Below are positions 14,657 to 25,522 of a stretch of 64,000 nt of DNA, piece after piece (position 1 is the stretch's first letter; every line of letters starts with the position of its first letter). The notes below the pieces were generated by a model. It ran no database searches. It worked only from the letters and a program-made list of their open reading frames with translations, and was not told where the DNA came from. The DNA is taken from sequence record LR756501.1; one strand, 5' to 3'. The position numbers were made by a program, and so were the translations under genes.

Positions 14657-16040
14657 TTAAACTTCAACTTTTTCCTCTTTTTCCTCTTTTATTTCCTCTT
14701 TTTTGTAAAAAGAACTTGGTAATATTTTGATACCCATTTCGTTAGCCACTTGTTCGGTTAACATCATTAATATAGTACTCACAAAAGGTAGAGGTATTAA
14801 TTGAAATGGTACAACCACTCCAACACCTTTTAGAAGATCAATCATTTGATCTTTAAATATTTTCTTTTCTTCGTCTGTAATATCTTCACGTTTAACGTAT
14901 TTCTCAAAGATGAAATAAGCTTCTTTAGTATCTCTGGCTTCACCTTTAAAACCAGTCATATATCTTTTAACTTCTTCTTTAACGTGTGGTAAAGAGAAGA
15001 TGTGTTTAATCTCTTCTGTATTCATTTGTTTATTTAAATTTTTAGTAAACTACTTCTTCCCAATTTTTATTAATAGGTCCAATGATTTCTTTCACTCTTG
15101 AAGCAATTTTTTCTTTATGTTTCTTATTTAGAATACCAATTAACTCTTCAAGTAATCTCTTGGTTTTAAAACTAAATAATCCTGGGTCTATATCGTAAAT
15201 CAGATCTCTTGTTTGAAGAAGATTATTAACAAGAAATGTTCTCAATTCACTCACTCTATAATCGTCAACGTGATAGTTTAATATGAAGGCAACGTGTTTA
15301 TTTTCAGTAACCATCTTTTCACCTTTCCACTTGTCGTATTGCGACGTAAACCCGTAATCGGGTTTATCCGCTTTAACCCAAAGAATAGTATCATCTTGGG
15401 TTTCTTTAATTAATTTTTCAAGTAGAATTCTATCGTTTTTCATTTACGCTTTTTCGTCAAGAGTTTCCTTGTTCTCCCAAGGTCTTGATTCTTTATTTCC
15501 TAAATTTGAAAATATTATACCGTCGTTAGTCATTTCAACATCAAAACTCATACCAAGTTTTCTCATCTTCTTCTTATCAGATAACAACTTGAAAAGTTTA
15601 TCACTATCTAACCCCTTTATATCATCACTTGTTAATATAATAGAATCAGACTCCTTATTCTCTTCCCTTTTCATTCTGAGTATCATCATAAGATCTTGGA
15701 ACAATTGTCCGTACTCAGAAGATCCTTTTCTATATTCAGAAAATTTTAGAACTTTTGCTTCGGGGTACTTATCAGTAAATAAGAAATCTTCAAACTTTTT
15801 AGTCATTCATAAACAATTATTTTATTCACAGACAAATATCAATGATACTTTATCTGGATAATCACCAACTGTACCTATATAGGCGTGTGATGCTGTGAAT
15901 CCGTCACCAGTTGTAGTGAGTCCTACCCACATATCATCAGGTAAATCTTTTATAACTTTTTTCAAATCTCCGATATTATCTATACTTACGTACATTGGTT
16001 GTATATCACTTGCCATTTCGTTAAATTTTAAAAGTTTCAT
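14657..16040 (-). CDS. Four hypothetical proteins (14657-15025, 15042-15443, 15444-15806, 15822-16040)
   Basis: ORFs; 15042 shares a LIxxT....W domain with 46870 and 58262; 15444 and 15822 have KF(E/N)-type N-termini. Confidence 0.6.
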
Positions 16041-16134
16041 TACTCTAGTTAATTTTTTCTTTATATATTAAATCTAAAAAATCAAAAACTATAACACAGA
16101 ATGCAAATATAATTAAAAAAACAATAACACAAAA

Positions 16135-17121
16135 ATGAATTGGAAAAATATTTTTGATAACTTTAAAAACAATAAAATCCTACTTATCGGCGATATTATG
16201 TTAGATACATATCTCATTGGTAAAGTAGAACGTATATCCCCCGAAGCGCCTGTACCTGTTGTAGATATTCACGATAAAATTGATAAACTTGGTGGTGCAG
16301 CTAACGTCGCCCTCAATATAAAAGAACTAGGTGCTACTCCTATAATTTGTTCTGTTATTGGTGCCGATCAACACGGTTGGGAACTAAAAGCGGCTATTAA
16401 AAATAGTGGTATGGAAACCAAGTATATAAAGGCAACTGATACTAGAAAAACTACAAACAAAATCAGAGTGATTGGAAACAACACTCAGATGATTAGAATA
16501 GACGAAGAAACTAAAGAGGATCTCAACGATGAAATTTACGATAGATTAAAAGAGAACATTATCATCGCAGTTGCTGAGAATAAAATAGACGGTATAATCT
16601 TCCAAGATTACGATAAAGGTGTTATATCTAAAAAGATGATAGAATATATTATAGCACTATCAAAGAAAAGAAACATACCTCTATTTGTTGATCCAAAATT
16701 AAGAAACTTCGATTATTATAAAAACGTAACCATCTTTAAACCAAACTTCAACGAACTAAAAAGAGGACTAAAAGAAGAAAATCTCGATATAGATAAATGG
16801 GAAGAAATAATGCCACACGTTGAAAAACTTATAAAAGAAAAAGATATCGACACCTTTTATACAACTATGGGTAATAAAGGTATTTTACTTTCATATAAAG
16901 ACGGTGATAAGATTATACATCACCACATAGAAGGTGAAAAGAGAAGCGTGGCTGACGTATCTGGAGCAGGTGATACAGTTATATCAGTTGCTACATTATT
17001 GACTATAAATGGTATAGATAAAATAATCACTGCCAGAGTATCAAATATCGCTGGTGGGTTGGTTTGTGAGAAAGTTGGCGTAGTTCCAGTTAATAAAGAA
17101 GAACTTTTAAACGAGATTTAA
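16135..17121 (+). CDS. PfkB-family heptose-7-phosphate kinase (RfaE/HldE kinase domain)
   Basis: IGDIMLDTY..GKVERISPEAPVPVV; GGAANVALNI; QDYDKGV; VDPK; DVSGAGDTV. Confidence 0.92.
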   Translation: MNWKNIFDNFKNNKILLIGDIMLDTYLIGKVERISPEAPVPVVDIHDKIDKLGGAANVALNIKELGATPIICSVIGADQHGWELKAAIKNSGMETKYIKATDTRKTTNKIRVIGNNTQMIRIDEETKEDLNDEIYDRLKENIIIAVAENKIDGIIFQDYDKGVISKKMIEYIIALSKKRNIPLFVDPKLRNFDYYKNVTIFKPNFNELKRGLKEENLDIDKWEEIMPHVEKLIKEKDIDTFYTTMGNKGILLSYKDGDKIIHHHIEGEKRSVADVSGAGDTVISVATLLTINGIDKIITARVSNIAGGLVCEKVGVVPVNKEELLNEI

Positions 17122-17310
17122 TATCTGGTATAATTACCAGCTCTATAAAGCTTAGCGTAATTATCAGCGTAATTTTCTAATAAGGACATAGCCTCTTCTA
17201 ACGTTGAGGCTTTTCTTATTCTGGTAGTTATGTCTTCAATTTCATTTCTTCTTATATCCCTTAAAGCGAAACCAATAACATTTCCTTTATCGTCACACTT
17301 TAATAATCTT

Positions 17311-18081
17311 TCATCCTGGTTGTTCATAATTTTTAATTCTAGTTTTTGCGATTTCACAATAATTTTCACTCAATTCTATTCCTATATAATTCCTACCCAA
17401 CATCTTACAAGCCAACCCAGTCGTTCCTGTGCCCATGAAATTATCAAGTACAATTGAATCTGGGAAGGAATAAAGATCAATGAAGAACTTAGCAAAATCA
17501 CTTGAATATGTTGCTCCGTGTCCTTCCACCTTTCCATCGTTGTTCTTAGCTTTCAATATGTTATAATATGTCCTGTAGAATTTTTGTCCTGTTCTACTCA
17601 CAGTAGATACTTCTTTATTAGCGTCAAAAGTATCTAAATGATCTTTCTTAACGAAGATATATACAAATTCAGCCTTTCTTGTTAATCTATTTGGGTGTCC
17701 AGATATTGGTATAGCACTACTCTTTTCCCAAGCGACTGTATCTGCTATAACAAAATTTGTATTTTCAAATATACTATGAATGACGTAATAAGGTAAAGAA
17801 GGTGAATATTTTGTATAACTTAAATTGAAAGCCACAACACCAGTATCTTTAAGAATTCTTTCGTATTCTTTGAACACGTCAGTCATCCATTCTATGTATT
17901 TTTCATCAGATAAATTATCTTTATAGTTGGTATCTGCTTTTTCGTAGATATTATTTAGTCCGTCTGTTCGTTGTCCTCTTGAGTACGGTGGTGACGTAAC
18001 GACTAATTGAATAGATTTATCATCTATCTTTTTCATGTATTCGATGGTATCACCGCAGTATATTTTATTAAGGTCTAACAT
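17311..18081 (-). CDS. N4-C/N6-A DNA methyltransferase (beta class)
   Basis: VVTSPPY; VLDNFMGTGTT...GRNYIGIE. Confidence 0.92.
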   Translation of the reverse strand: MLDLNKIYCGDTIEYMKKIDDKSIQLVVTSPPYSRGQRTDGLNNIYEKADTNYKDNLSDEKYIEWMTDVFKEYERILKDTGVVAFNLSYTKYSPSLPYYVIHSIFENTNFVIADTVAWEKSSAIPISGHPNRLTRKAEFVYIFVKKDHLDTFDANKEVSTVSRTGQKFYRTYYNILKAKNNDGKVEGHGATYSSDFAKFFIDLYSFPDSIVLDNFMGTGTTGLACKMLGRNYIGIELSENYCEIAKTRIKNYEQPG

Positions 18082-18391
18082 AGTCGTAAACTCTATATTC
18101 TATTTTTATTTCATCTCCCTTTTTGATCTTATCATCTCCTCCACTCAAAACTTTTGTCTTAGTGTTCATTGCCACAAATCCAGTAAACCTTCTTTGATTA
18201 GGAAGAATTACTTTATGTATGAACGATGCTTCGTCTGGCATTACGTAATTAATTTCTTTATCTGACTCGGGTATTATGGTCAAAGTTCTTATCTGCCAAA
18301 ATTTATTTGGATCAATATAACCTTCACGAACATTATCGTCCCAATTTTCTTCCCCGTAAGGATCTAATTCAATTTTATAATCTTCTTTCAT
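18068..18391 (-). CDS. Hypothetical protein with N-terminal DPYGEENWD motif
   Basis: [19 protein letters not shown]. Confidence 0.65.
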   Translation of the reverse strand: MKEDYKIELDPYGEENWDDNVREGYIDPNKFWQIRTLTIIPESDKEINYVMPDEASFIHKVILPNQRRFTGFVAMNTKTKVLSGGDDKIKKGDEIKIEYRVYDYVRP

Positions 18392-18896
18392 CTGATATAG
18401 GCATTACATCGTAATCTTTAATATCTTCCCAATAACAACCAACAAGATTTCTATTCTTAAATCTTCTATCATAAGTCACCTCTACTCCATTATCAAATGG
18501 ATGTGGCAATTTAAATTTTGTTACATATTCCAAATCACCTTCAATTTCAAGTGAATTATAACCTTTCAAATCATTATCATATTCATCGAAGAAAACTCCG
18601 TCACCAAGATAATATCTCTTTTTAAGGATAGTATTTTCTTTAACTGTTTTAGGGTCAGCTCCTTTCAATATATTATAATATTGTTCTTCTGTTAATTTAG
18701 TTCCAAATTCTTCTCTTTTAAGATTTCCTTTACTTTTAAACTCGAGATAATATCTATCTTCACCGTGATATTTTCTTAATCTTATTTCGTAATAGTCGTC
18801 TGGTTTATTAAGATATGTTTGCTCAACCAAAGACATTCTTTCGTATTCAAATATAAGATTAGACTCCTTTATCCAAAACTTTCTCTCTATTTCCAT
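18375..18896 (-). CDS. CYTH-domain protein
   Basis: MEIERKF; QTYL; IRLR; KRRY-like KKRY; LEIE. Confidence 0.9.
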   Translation of the reverse strand: MEIERKFWIKESNLIFEYERMSLVEQTYLNKPDDYYEIRLRKYHGEDRYYLEFKSKGNLKREEFGTKLTEEQYYNILKGADPKTVKENTILKKRYYLGDGVFFDEYDNDLKGYNSLEIEGDLEYVTKFKLPHPFDNGVEVTYDRRFKNRNLVGCYWEDIKDYDVMPISDERRL

Positions 18897-19809
18897 ATTG
18901 TGTTATAATTTTATAATAATTAGTAATCATAGCTAAATGACTAGTTTTCACATTTCCTAAATAACTGTTATAATTTTTCTTTAATTCATTATAGGCTTTA
19001 AGCATATCAACTGGATCAAGATCTGGAACTTCGTCAGAAAAATAAATCTCTTTTTCATCTGGAATAGGTACACCCTTATCAACTATTTCTGATAATCCAC
19101 CAGAGTCAGCGTATAAAATTGGTAATCCAGCAGCAACTGCTTGGCAAACAACCTTTGGAGCTGCGTCCCTGTAAGATAAATTTATAAAAGCATCTGATGT
19201 ATTTAATATCTCATTTATTTCGTAATAATCTGATTTAAACCCAAGTTTAACCACGTTTGGTGGTACTTCCATATCACATTCACCTATTAAATAAAGAGTG
19301 TCTGGTATAAGCCTAGCCAATTGCATAAGACTATTAAACCTTTTTTCTTTTCTGTTCCAATTTGTACAATTAGCAACTACATTAGACATAACCCCACTTT
19401 TCTGTTTAAGTGGTTTAAATATTCTATTATCCGCTGTATTGAGAATAACAGAAGAAGATTTAATTCTAATGTCTGGGTAAAGTGTTGTTAAAGCTTTTCT
19501 ACTATATTCTGATATAAATATAACGTGATCAGATAGTTCTGCAGCTAAATTAAGTTGATCATTTTTATGTTTTTGTTCGTTGTGCCAGTATATACCGTCC
19601 ATTCTTTTAATTTTTGGCATATCTATATCTTTAACTTCACTAGGGAATATATCGTTCGTAATTAAGACGTCAGCCATGCTATTTACGAATTTACTATCAA
19701 AGGTTCTAGCGAACTCTTTTAGGCTCTTAATTATATCATTCTCTTTTGGACCGTAATCCCTTCCGTGTTCACTTTCGGGTGAATTAGAACAGTCGAATAT
19801 TCTTATCAT
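18859..19809 (-). CDS. Glycosyltransferase family 4
   Basis: KRMDGIY; VIFISEYS; DAFINLSYRDAAPKVVCQAVAAGLPILYADSGGLSEIV. Confidence 0.88.
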   Translation of the reverse strand: MIRIFDCSNSPESEHGRDYGPKENDIIKSLKEFARTFDSKFVNSMADVLITNDIFPSEVKDIDMPKIKRMDGIYWHNEQKHKNDQLNLAAELSDHVIFISEYSRKALTTLYPDIRIKSSSVILNTADNRIFKPLKQKSGVMSNVVANCTNWNRKEKRFNSLMQLARLIPDTLYLIGECDMEVPPNVVKLGFKSDYYEINEILNTSDAFINLSYRDAAPKVVCQAVAAGLPILYADSGGLSEIVDKGVPIPDEKEIYFSDEVPDLDPVDMLKAYNELKKNYNSYLGNVKTSHLAMITNYYKIITQYGNREKVLDKGV

Positions 19810-19882
19810 AAACGAGTTTTTATTTATATAGAATAAAATCCGATTTAAGTTTTTAATATATAGTAGAAAATTATTACTCTTC

Positions 19883-20314
19883 ATGCCAATTAAAAACTAC
19901 GAAAAATTCGAAAAGGCTTTCTACGTTGACGGTAAATTCAACCAAAAAGTTTTTGAAGCCTATTGGGACGACGACCAACCAATGGACGAATATAGAGGTA
20001 GAGAAGAAGGTAGAATAGATAACGCTTGGGATTACGATAAACAAACCGATTCAATGATACTCCATATCAATTACGAAAAACTTACCCTTATGGGACTTCT
20101 CGAATATCAAGATATAGTTGAAAAATCTATGGAGTGGTTTGAAAAACAAATAGCAGCAAAGAGTTACGGTACAATACTTCCTCCACTCGACGATATTAGA
20201 GATTACGTTATTGGTTTAGTTGGTTTAGATTACAAAGATTACATTTCAGAAGAAAATTTAGATAACCTAACGAGATTCATTTATCAGGAGATTGATAATT
20301 ACGTATTTGATTGA
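19883..20314 (+). CDS. Hypothetical protein
   Basis: ORF after a TTTTTAATATATAG motif. Confidence 0.6.
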   Translation: MPIKNYEKFEKAFYVDGKFNQKVFEAYWDDDQPMDEYRGREEGRIDNAWDYDKQTDSMILHINYEKLTLMGLLEYQDIVEKSMEWFEKQIAAKSYGTILPPLDDIRDYVIGLVGLDYKDYISEENLDNLTRFIYQEIDNYVFD

Positions 20315-20817
20315 AATAAACTATCCAAATAATCCCACATTTCTTGAAATTTTCCATTAAATATCTTATTTTTGAACGATTCATTTTCATTCTTATACAT
20401 TCTAAATAACTTCATATTTGTCTTTATTGATTCTTCAACATTAGATATTCTATCACATAATTTCACAAACCTTGATCTATCGTCAGTTGGTATCTTTTTG
20501 TATGCGTCTTTATTCCTTTCTACCCTATTGTTTCCAAATCCAGATACATTCCAAACAATAGTGCCAACATCTTCTCCGAATAATTTATTTAAATCATTTC
20601 TAGTAACATCAGTATCCTCTATTAAATCGTGACACATTACAGATGTTTCTATAACATTCTTGTCGTGTTTACTCCAATTATATTTATCAATAAACCTATC
20701 ACAAACATTCTTAACCTTTAATATGTGAAATATATATGGTTCATTCCCATACCTTTGATTGCCGTGATTTTTAGTTACAAAATCTATAATATCAAAATCT
20801 TTATATTTAGTTATCAT
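20299..20817 (-). CDS. SpoT/Mesh1-like HD hydrolase (small alarmone hydrolase-like)
   Basis: HGNQRY..EPYIFH; HDLIEDT; VKLCDRISN. Confidence 0.85.
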   Translation of the reverse strand: MITKYKDFDIIDFVTKNHGNQRYGNEPYIFHILKVKNVCDRFIDKYNWSKHDKNVIETSVMCHDLIEDTDVTRNDLNKLFGEDVGTIVWNVSGFGNNRVERNKDAYKKIPTDDRSRFVKLCDRISNVEESIKTNMKLFRMYKNENESFKNKIFNGKFQEMWDYLDSLFQSNT

Positions 20818-20821
20818 ATAA

Positions 20822-21628
20822 TTATATATTATAATTTCTTTTCTTCTTTCTTTTCATATTAAATTTATCAAGTAAAAATTCAGTATAATCATAGTACCAT
20901 TGTGTCTTTACCTTTAAAAGAGTGTCGTCCTCAAATTGAACAACCCACCCTTCAAAATATTCTTTCTCTTTAGCCAATTCAACTAATTCATCAAGAGTGT
21001 GTTCCTCATTCCTTACTATATTTATACCTTCTAAATCGTAATCCAAATAATCAATGTACTCTCCTGTTAAATTGTTCCTCAAATTCAAAAGTATCAAATC
21101 ATTCTTTTCGTACTTCAAAACAATCCTGTTCTCACCAACTAATTCAAATAACGGAACTATATCATTATCAATACAGTACTCTATGAATTTATAATATATT
21201 GGATTATCTTGTATAAATTGGTTGGCGGTTTTATTAAAAAGAGATTTGAAACCTTCTTTAACTTTGGATATTATTCTACCGTCTGGTAATTTGATAAAAG
21301 AAATAAGATTACCGTCTTCTTTAACCATGACCTTTTTGATCTTTTTATCTTTGAAAAGATCGTAAGTAAATTCTGGGTACTGATTAAGTTCCCAGAATTT
21401 ATTAAACATTAAAGAATGTGTGGTTTCGCCTTCGTGATGTAGAAAAGTTATACCTTTCATTTCATAGGCGTTAGCTTCCATGAATTGTTTATATTCTGCT
21501 AGTCTATAATTGAAGAAAGAGAATTTATAATCATCGTAAAGTCTTCTAGTTTCGTAGAAAGTCTTTGGTGGAAATGATTTAGTTATTCTTAGGCATTCTC
21601 TATAAGTAGGTATGTAGTATTTATTCAT
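20822..21628 (-). CDS. T4 Rnl1-like RNA ligase
   Basis: FNKFWELNQ; KEDGNLI; FELVG.NRIVLKY; EGWVV; LKVKTQWY. Confidence 0.85.
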   Translation of the reverse strand: MNKYYIPTYRECLRITKSFPPKTFYETRRLYDDYKFSFFNYRLAEYKQFMEANAYEMKGITFLHHEGETTHSLMFNKFWELNQYPEFTYDLFKDKKIKKVMVKEDGNLISFIKLPDGRIISKVKEGFKSLFNKTANQFIQDNPIYYKFIEYCIDNDIVPLFELVGENRIVLKYEKNDLILLNLRNNLTGEYIDYLDYDLEGINIVRNEEHTLDELVELAKEKEYFEGWVVQFEDDTLLKVKTQWYYDYTEFLLDKFNMKRKKKRNYNI

Positions 21629-22757
21629 AATCCCTCACACACTTGAAAACAGGGAAACGTGGTACACCATCGTCAGTTAAACCTTGATATTGTACAGTTC
21701 CCATTTTTCCAATCAGTTCTTTTTTATTCAAAAGGTATTCCCTTCTGATTTCCCTAGTACCTTTTGGTCTAGCGTTGAAGATTTGATCATTCTTATTACA
21801 CATAACAAATATAGCAGTTCCTTCGTCCCTACCACTTGCTTCTATAACGTCAACGATTTCGAATTCATCGTCGTCAAATTCCTTATATTTAATAAGATCT
21901 CTTGACCTTCCACCAAATTCGTAGATACCATTAAGATTCCTAAGAATAGCACCTTCGTAACCTTCTTCGATAAATTGAGCAAAATAAACTTTTACTTCTT
22001 CAATATTGTTAACAGTATATGTTTCAACTGGATGAAGACAAGTAGAATCTTGTTTAAGATTAAGTAGATTTACTCTTTCTGATTGTTTTAATTTAAGATT
22101 ATCAAGTGGAATTACGTCATATATACGTAAAGATATAAGTTTATTGGAAGCCTGTTCTCTCTTCACACTTGAAAGAATTTCTTGGAAAGTAAGTGTGTTG
22201 GAATAAAGTTCACCGTCCACAATGCAGTTAGTGAAATTTAATCCCAAATCATTCATAATGTGTTGAAGATAATTGAAGTCTTTTCCGTTCCTTGACTTCA
22301 TTGTGGTGCCACCATTTACTTTACTGAAGCAACGAATACCGTCGTATTTTCTTTGAATAAGACAAGGAAATTTAATACTTTTTAAATCTTTGTGGGCTAA
22401 CATTGGTTTTAAATCACCAGACGCGTCAGTTCCTTTACCTTGTTCGGTGAGCCATTCCAATATTTCTTTAGCAACATTAGGACCAGGAACGAGATCACCG
22501 TCCCATAATTTATAACCTTCATCTTTTTGTTTATTTACTTTGGAATCAGCTTCTGATATAGCTTGTTGAAGATGTGTGGTTTCGTTGGCTCTTCCAACAT
22601 TTTTACCAATTACAAATTCTTTTGTATCAGACTGGTAGGCACCCAAGAATTGGCCTTTATCTGTAACTAGTTGAGAACTAGTTTTATTATCTATAACTTG
22701 AACAACGTAGTGTAATATCTTGTTCTGTTTGCTTAGTTTAAAGAGATGTCGCTGCAT
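21621..22757 (-). CDS. ATP-dependent DNA ligase
   Basis: PMLAH; QRKYDGIRC; DGELY; GYEGAILRN; RSRDLIKYKEF; GVPRFPVF. Confidence 0.95.
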   Translation of the reverse strand: MQRHLFKLSKQNKILHYVVQVIDNKTSSQLVTDKGQFLGAYQSDTKEFVIGKNVGRANETTHLQQAISEADSKVNKQKDEGYKLWDGDLVPGPNVAKEILEWLTEQGKGTDASGDLKPMLAHKDLKSIKFPCLIQRKYDGIRCFSKVNGGTTMKSRNGKDFNYLQHIMNDLGLNFTNCIVDGELYSNTLTFQEILSSVKREQASNKLISLRIYDVIPLDNLKLKQSERVNLLNLKQDSTCLHPVETYTVNNIEEVKVYFAQFIEEGYEGAILRNLNGIYEFGGRSRDLIKYKEFDDDEFEIVDVIEASGRDEGTAIFVMCNKNDQIFNARPKGTREIRREYLLNKKELIGKMGTVQYQGLTDDGVPRFPVFKCVRDYE

Positions 22758-22772
22758 AGTTTTGCTTTATTT

Positions 22773-24353
22773 TTACAAAGATAAGCTAAATTTTTCTTTA
22801 TTTAAAATTTTATCTATTAAATTAGTTCTTATTATATTACTAGTTTCATCTGGTAAAAAGAAATAATCCCCTATATAATGAATGTAACCGAAAGCTTTAT
22901 GTTTCCTGGAAAACTCGTTATCAGTAGCAAAGAAACCAGTCGTCATACGACCAGGAAATCTCTCTTGATTTCTATTAAATAATTCTGAATCTACCCAATA
23001 ACCTTCACCGTCTTCACCTTGTTGGTAGTGATTAACTATCAAATATAAATTACCTTCTAAATAAGAGTAACCGTTTAAACTCGGATGAAATTCATTTTCG
23101 TAATATATTGATTTTTTACATAAAACTCTTTTACATATATCGTTGTTTACCATCTAACATATCATCCATTAATTTTGTTCTTTTCCAGTTTTTGAACTCG
23201 TCCTCTTTGAGTTTACTATCTTCAATGTGATATTTCTTGTGATCGGTATTATATATAACTGAAGGACCGTAATCGTTGTGTTTCATACCGTCCTTGTAAT
23301 AGTTTATAGTTTCACCTATTGTTCTATCAATAATTTTCAAATATTTATGTTCTAATTTAGCTTTAAATATTTCACTAATTACGTTAGTGTTAGGAAGTCC
23401 ACACATGAGATCATCTATATCGTATTCAATAACACAATAACTAATACCGTACGCTTCTTCAAAAAACTTTTTCATTTAACATTCTATCCATTAATTCTGT
23501 TCTTTTAAAATTCTTCCATTCAGACGGGCTGAAATTAAATCTCAATTCTGTACGTTTACTTATAACGAAAGAATCCTTCTTTGTTATTTTTATTTCACAA
23601 TCATCCACATCGTATTCATCGTGTGTTTCTTCTGTTTCGTGTGGTATTTCTAATTCAATATAAATAGATTCTATTTTTCCAGTATATGGATCAAAATGAA
23701 TAAAGAGTGTATGCTTATCAGAAAAATACCCTTTTTCTCTAAGCTCTTCGTTGATAAGTGCGTGTATTTCGTGCCAGTCTTTATTAACTGTTACGTTTGG
23801 TATAACAAGACCAGACTTATTAAGTACGTAATTTCTTTTACTGTGCTCGTAATTAGCTATATCCAAATAACTATCGATGACCCTGATCATCTCCATTCTA
23901 TCTTCGTATTCAAATTCCATTTAACATTCTATCCATCATTTTTGTTCTCTTATAGTTCTTCCATTCATCAGACCTAAAATCGAATCTAGCCTTTCTTTCA
24001 GCCTCAGCCGCAGCCTCTATATCTTCTAAATCCCTTCTTCTTACAGTCACAGAAGCGCCATCTATTTCAAAACTCTCCATAGGTATTTTATCTGGTAAAC
24101 ACCTTGTTTCTAATTGAAGATGTATATTATCTATGGAACCATCCATAGCCCAAGAAAAATAAAGATTCTGGTGCTCACCTATCAATCCCTTTTTCTTGAG
24201 TTCGTCATTTATTTTATTGTGAGTATCGTACCAAAAATCTTCACCTGGTTTTGGAACCGTAGTAATCCCATGTCTATTAATTGGTTGATGCTTATAAGTA
24301 TCTAAATCTATATACTTATCTATAATCTCTAATATCTCAAATTTATTCTCCAT
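22773..24353 (-). CDS. Four small proteins sharing the C-terminal (K/R)RT.L(I/M)D.ML tag
   Basis: 22773, 23131, 23459 and 23910; the last two are paralogues. Confidence 0.75.
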
Positions 24354-24457
24354 AAACGTATATATTATATAAATATTGTCATAATTGTTATTTTTAACAT
24401 TATTTTTATTTTTTGTTTAAGGAATATTTAGTAATTTTGTATAGTAAAATAAAATGT

Positions 24458-25522
24458 ATGAAAATCTTAGTTGGAATAACGGGTGGTATCGCTGCTTATA
24501 AAGCCATTGATGTTATATCAGGCTTACAGAATATGGGCAACGAAGTACATGTGATTATGAGTGATAGTGCTCACAATTTCTGTCCTTCAGCAGCAGTCAA
24601 TGTTATAAGTAAAGGCAATCTTAAAACTGAAACCCCAGATCAGACTATTCACATTGAAGAATCCAAATGGTGTGACGCTTTCCTTTTAGTTCCTGGTACC
24701 GCAAATACAATAGCTAAAATCGCTAGTGGAATATCAGATAGTTTTCTTTTAGCAACTGTCTTAGCCCTCCCTGATAAAATTCGTATTGTATGTCCTGCTA
24801 TGAATACTAACATGTGGGAAAATCCTATTACCCAGGAGAATATTGAAAAACTTAAAAGATTTGGTTGGCACGTTATCTTCCCAGTTGAAGGTATGTTAGC
24901 CTGTGGTGACTTAGGAATGGGTAAACTTCCTAACACAAGAGAAATTGTTGAAGCGGTAATGGATATTCTTAATCCAACTCCTAAATGGAGCTTCCCACTT
25001 AAAATGAAATACAAAGGGACTACCAATGATTCTTATTCATTTCTTGATTTAGATTTGGATAGAGAAGTTCATATTCCCGTATATCCTCACGTTGGCGCAT
25101 TTGGTGTTCGTAGACGTTACGATCATCATTGTGGAGTTGATCTTTACGCTCCAGTAGGAACCCCAGTTTACGCTGTTGAAGACGGGACTATTGTTGATAT
25201 TTGTCCTTTCACTGGACCTTCAGCGGGATATGATTTCTGGTTAGATACTGACGGTGTTTATGTATTAGGATCATCTGGTGTTGTTGTTTACGGTGAAATT
25301 GGAGTCAATCCTAAATTTAAAGTTGGTGATAGTATCAAGAGTGGTGATCAAATTGGATATGTAAAAAGAGTTATTGTAAAAGATAAAGGTCGTCCAATGA
25401 GTATGTTACACATTGAACTTCATCATAAAGACCATCCTCATTGCGGACATTGGCACAGAGGAGAAGAAAAACCTTTTGGAAAATTAGATTGCACTAAACA
25501 TTTAATAAAATCAATCAAATGA
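24458..25522 (+). CDS. coaC: CoaC (phosphopantothenoylcysteine decarboxylase flavoprotein) fused to an M23 peptidase domain
   Basis: GITGGIAAYK; HIEES.W.D.F...P.TAN.IAK; PAMNTNMWENP; ACGD.G.GK; then HHCGVDL...GTPVYA.EDG...HLHFE-like MLHIEL. Confidence 0.88.
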   Translation: MKILVGITGGIAAYKAIDVISGLQNMGNEVHVIMSDSAHNFCPSAAVNVISKGNLKTETPDQTIHIEESKWCDAFLLVPGTANTIAKIASGISDSFLLATVLALPDKIRIVCPAMNTNMWENPITQENIEKLKRFGWHVIFPVEGMLACGDLGMGKLPNTREIVEAVMDILNPTPKWSFPLKMKYKGTTNDSYSFLDLDLDREVHIPVYPHVGAFGVRRRYDHHCGVDLYAPVGTPVYAVEDGTIVDICPFTGPSAGYDFWLDTDGVYVLGSSGVVVYGEIGVNPKFKVGDSIKSGDQIGYVKRVIVKDKGRPMSMLHIELHHKDHPHCGHWHRGEEKPFGKLDCTKHLIKSIK

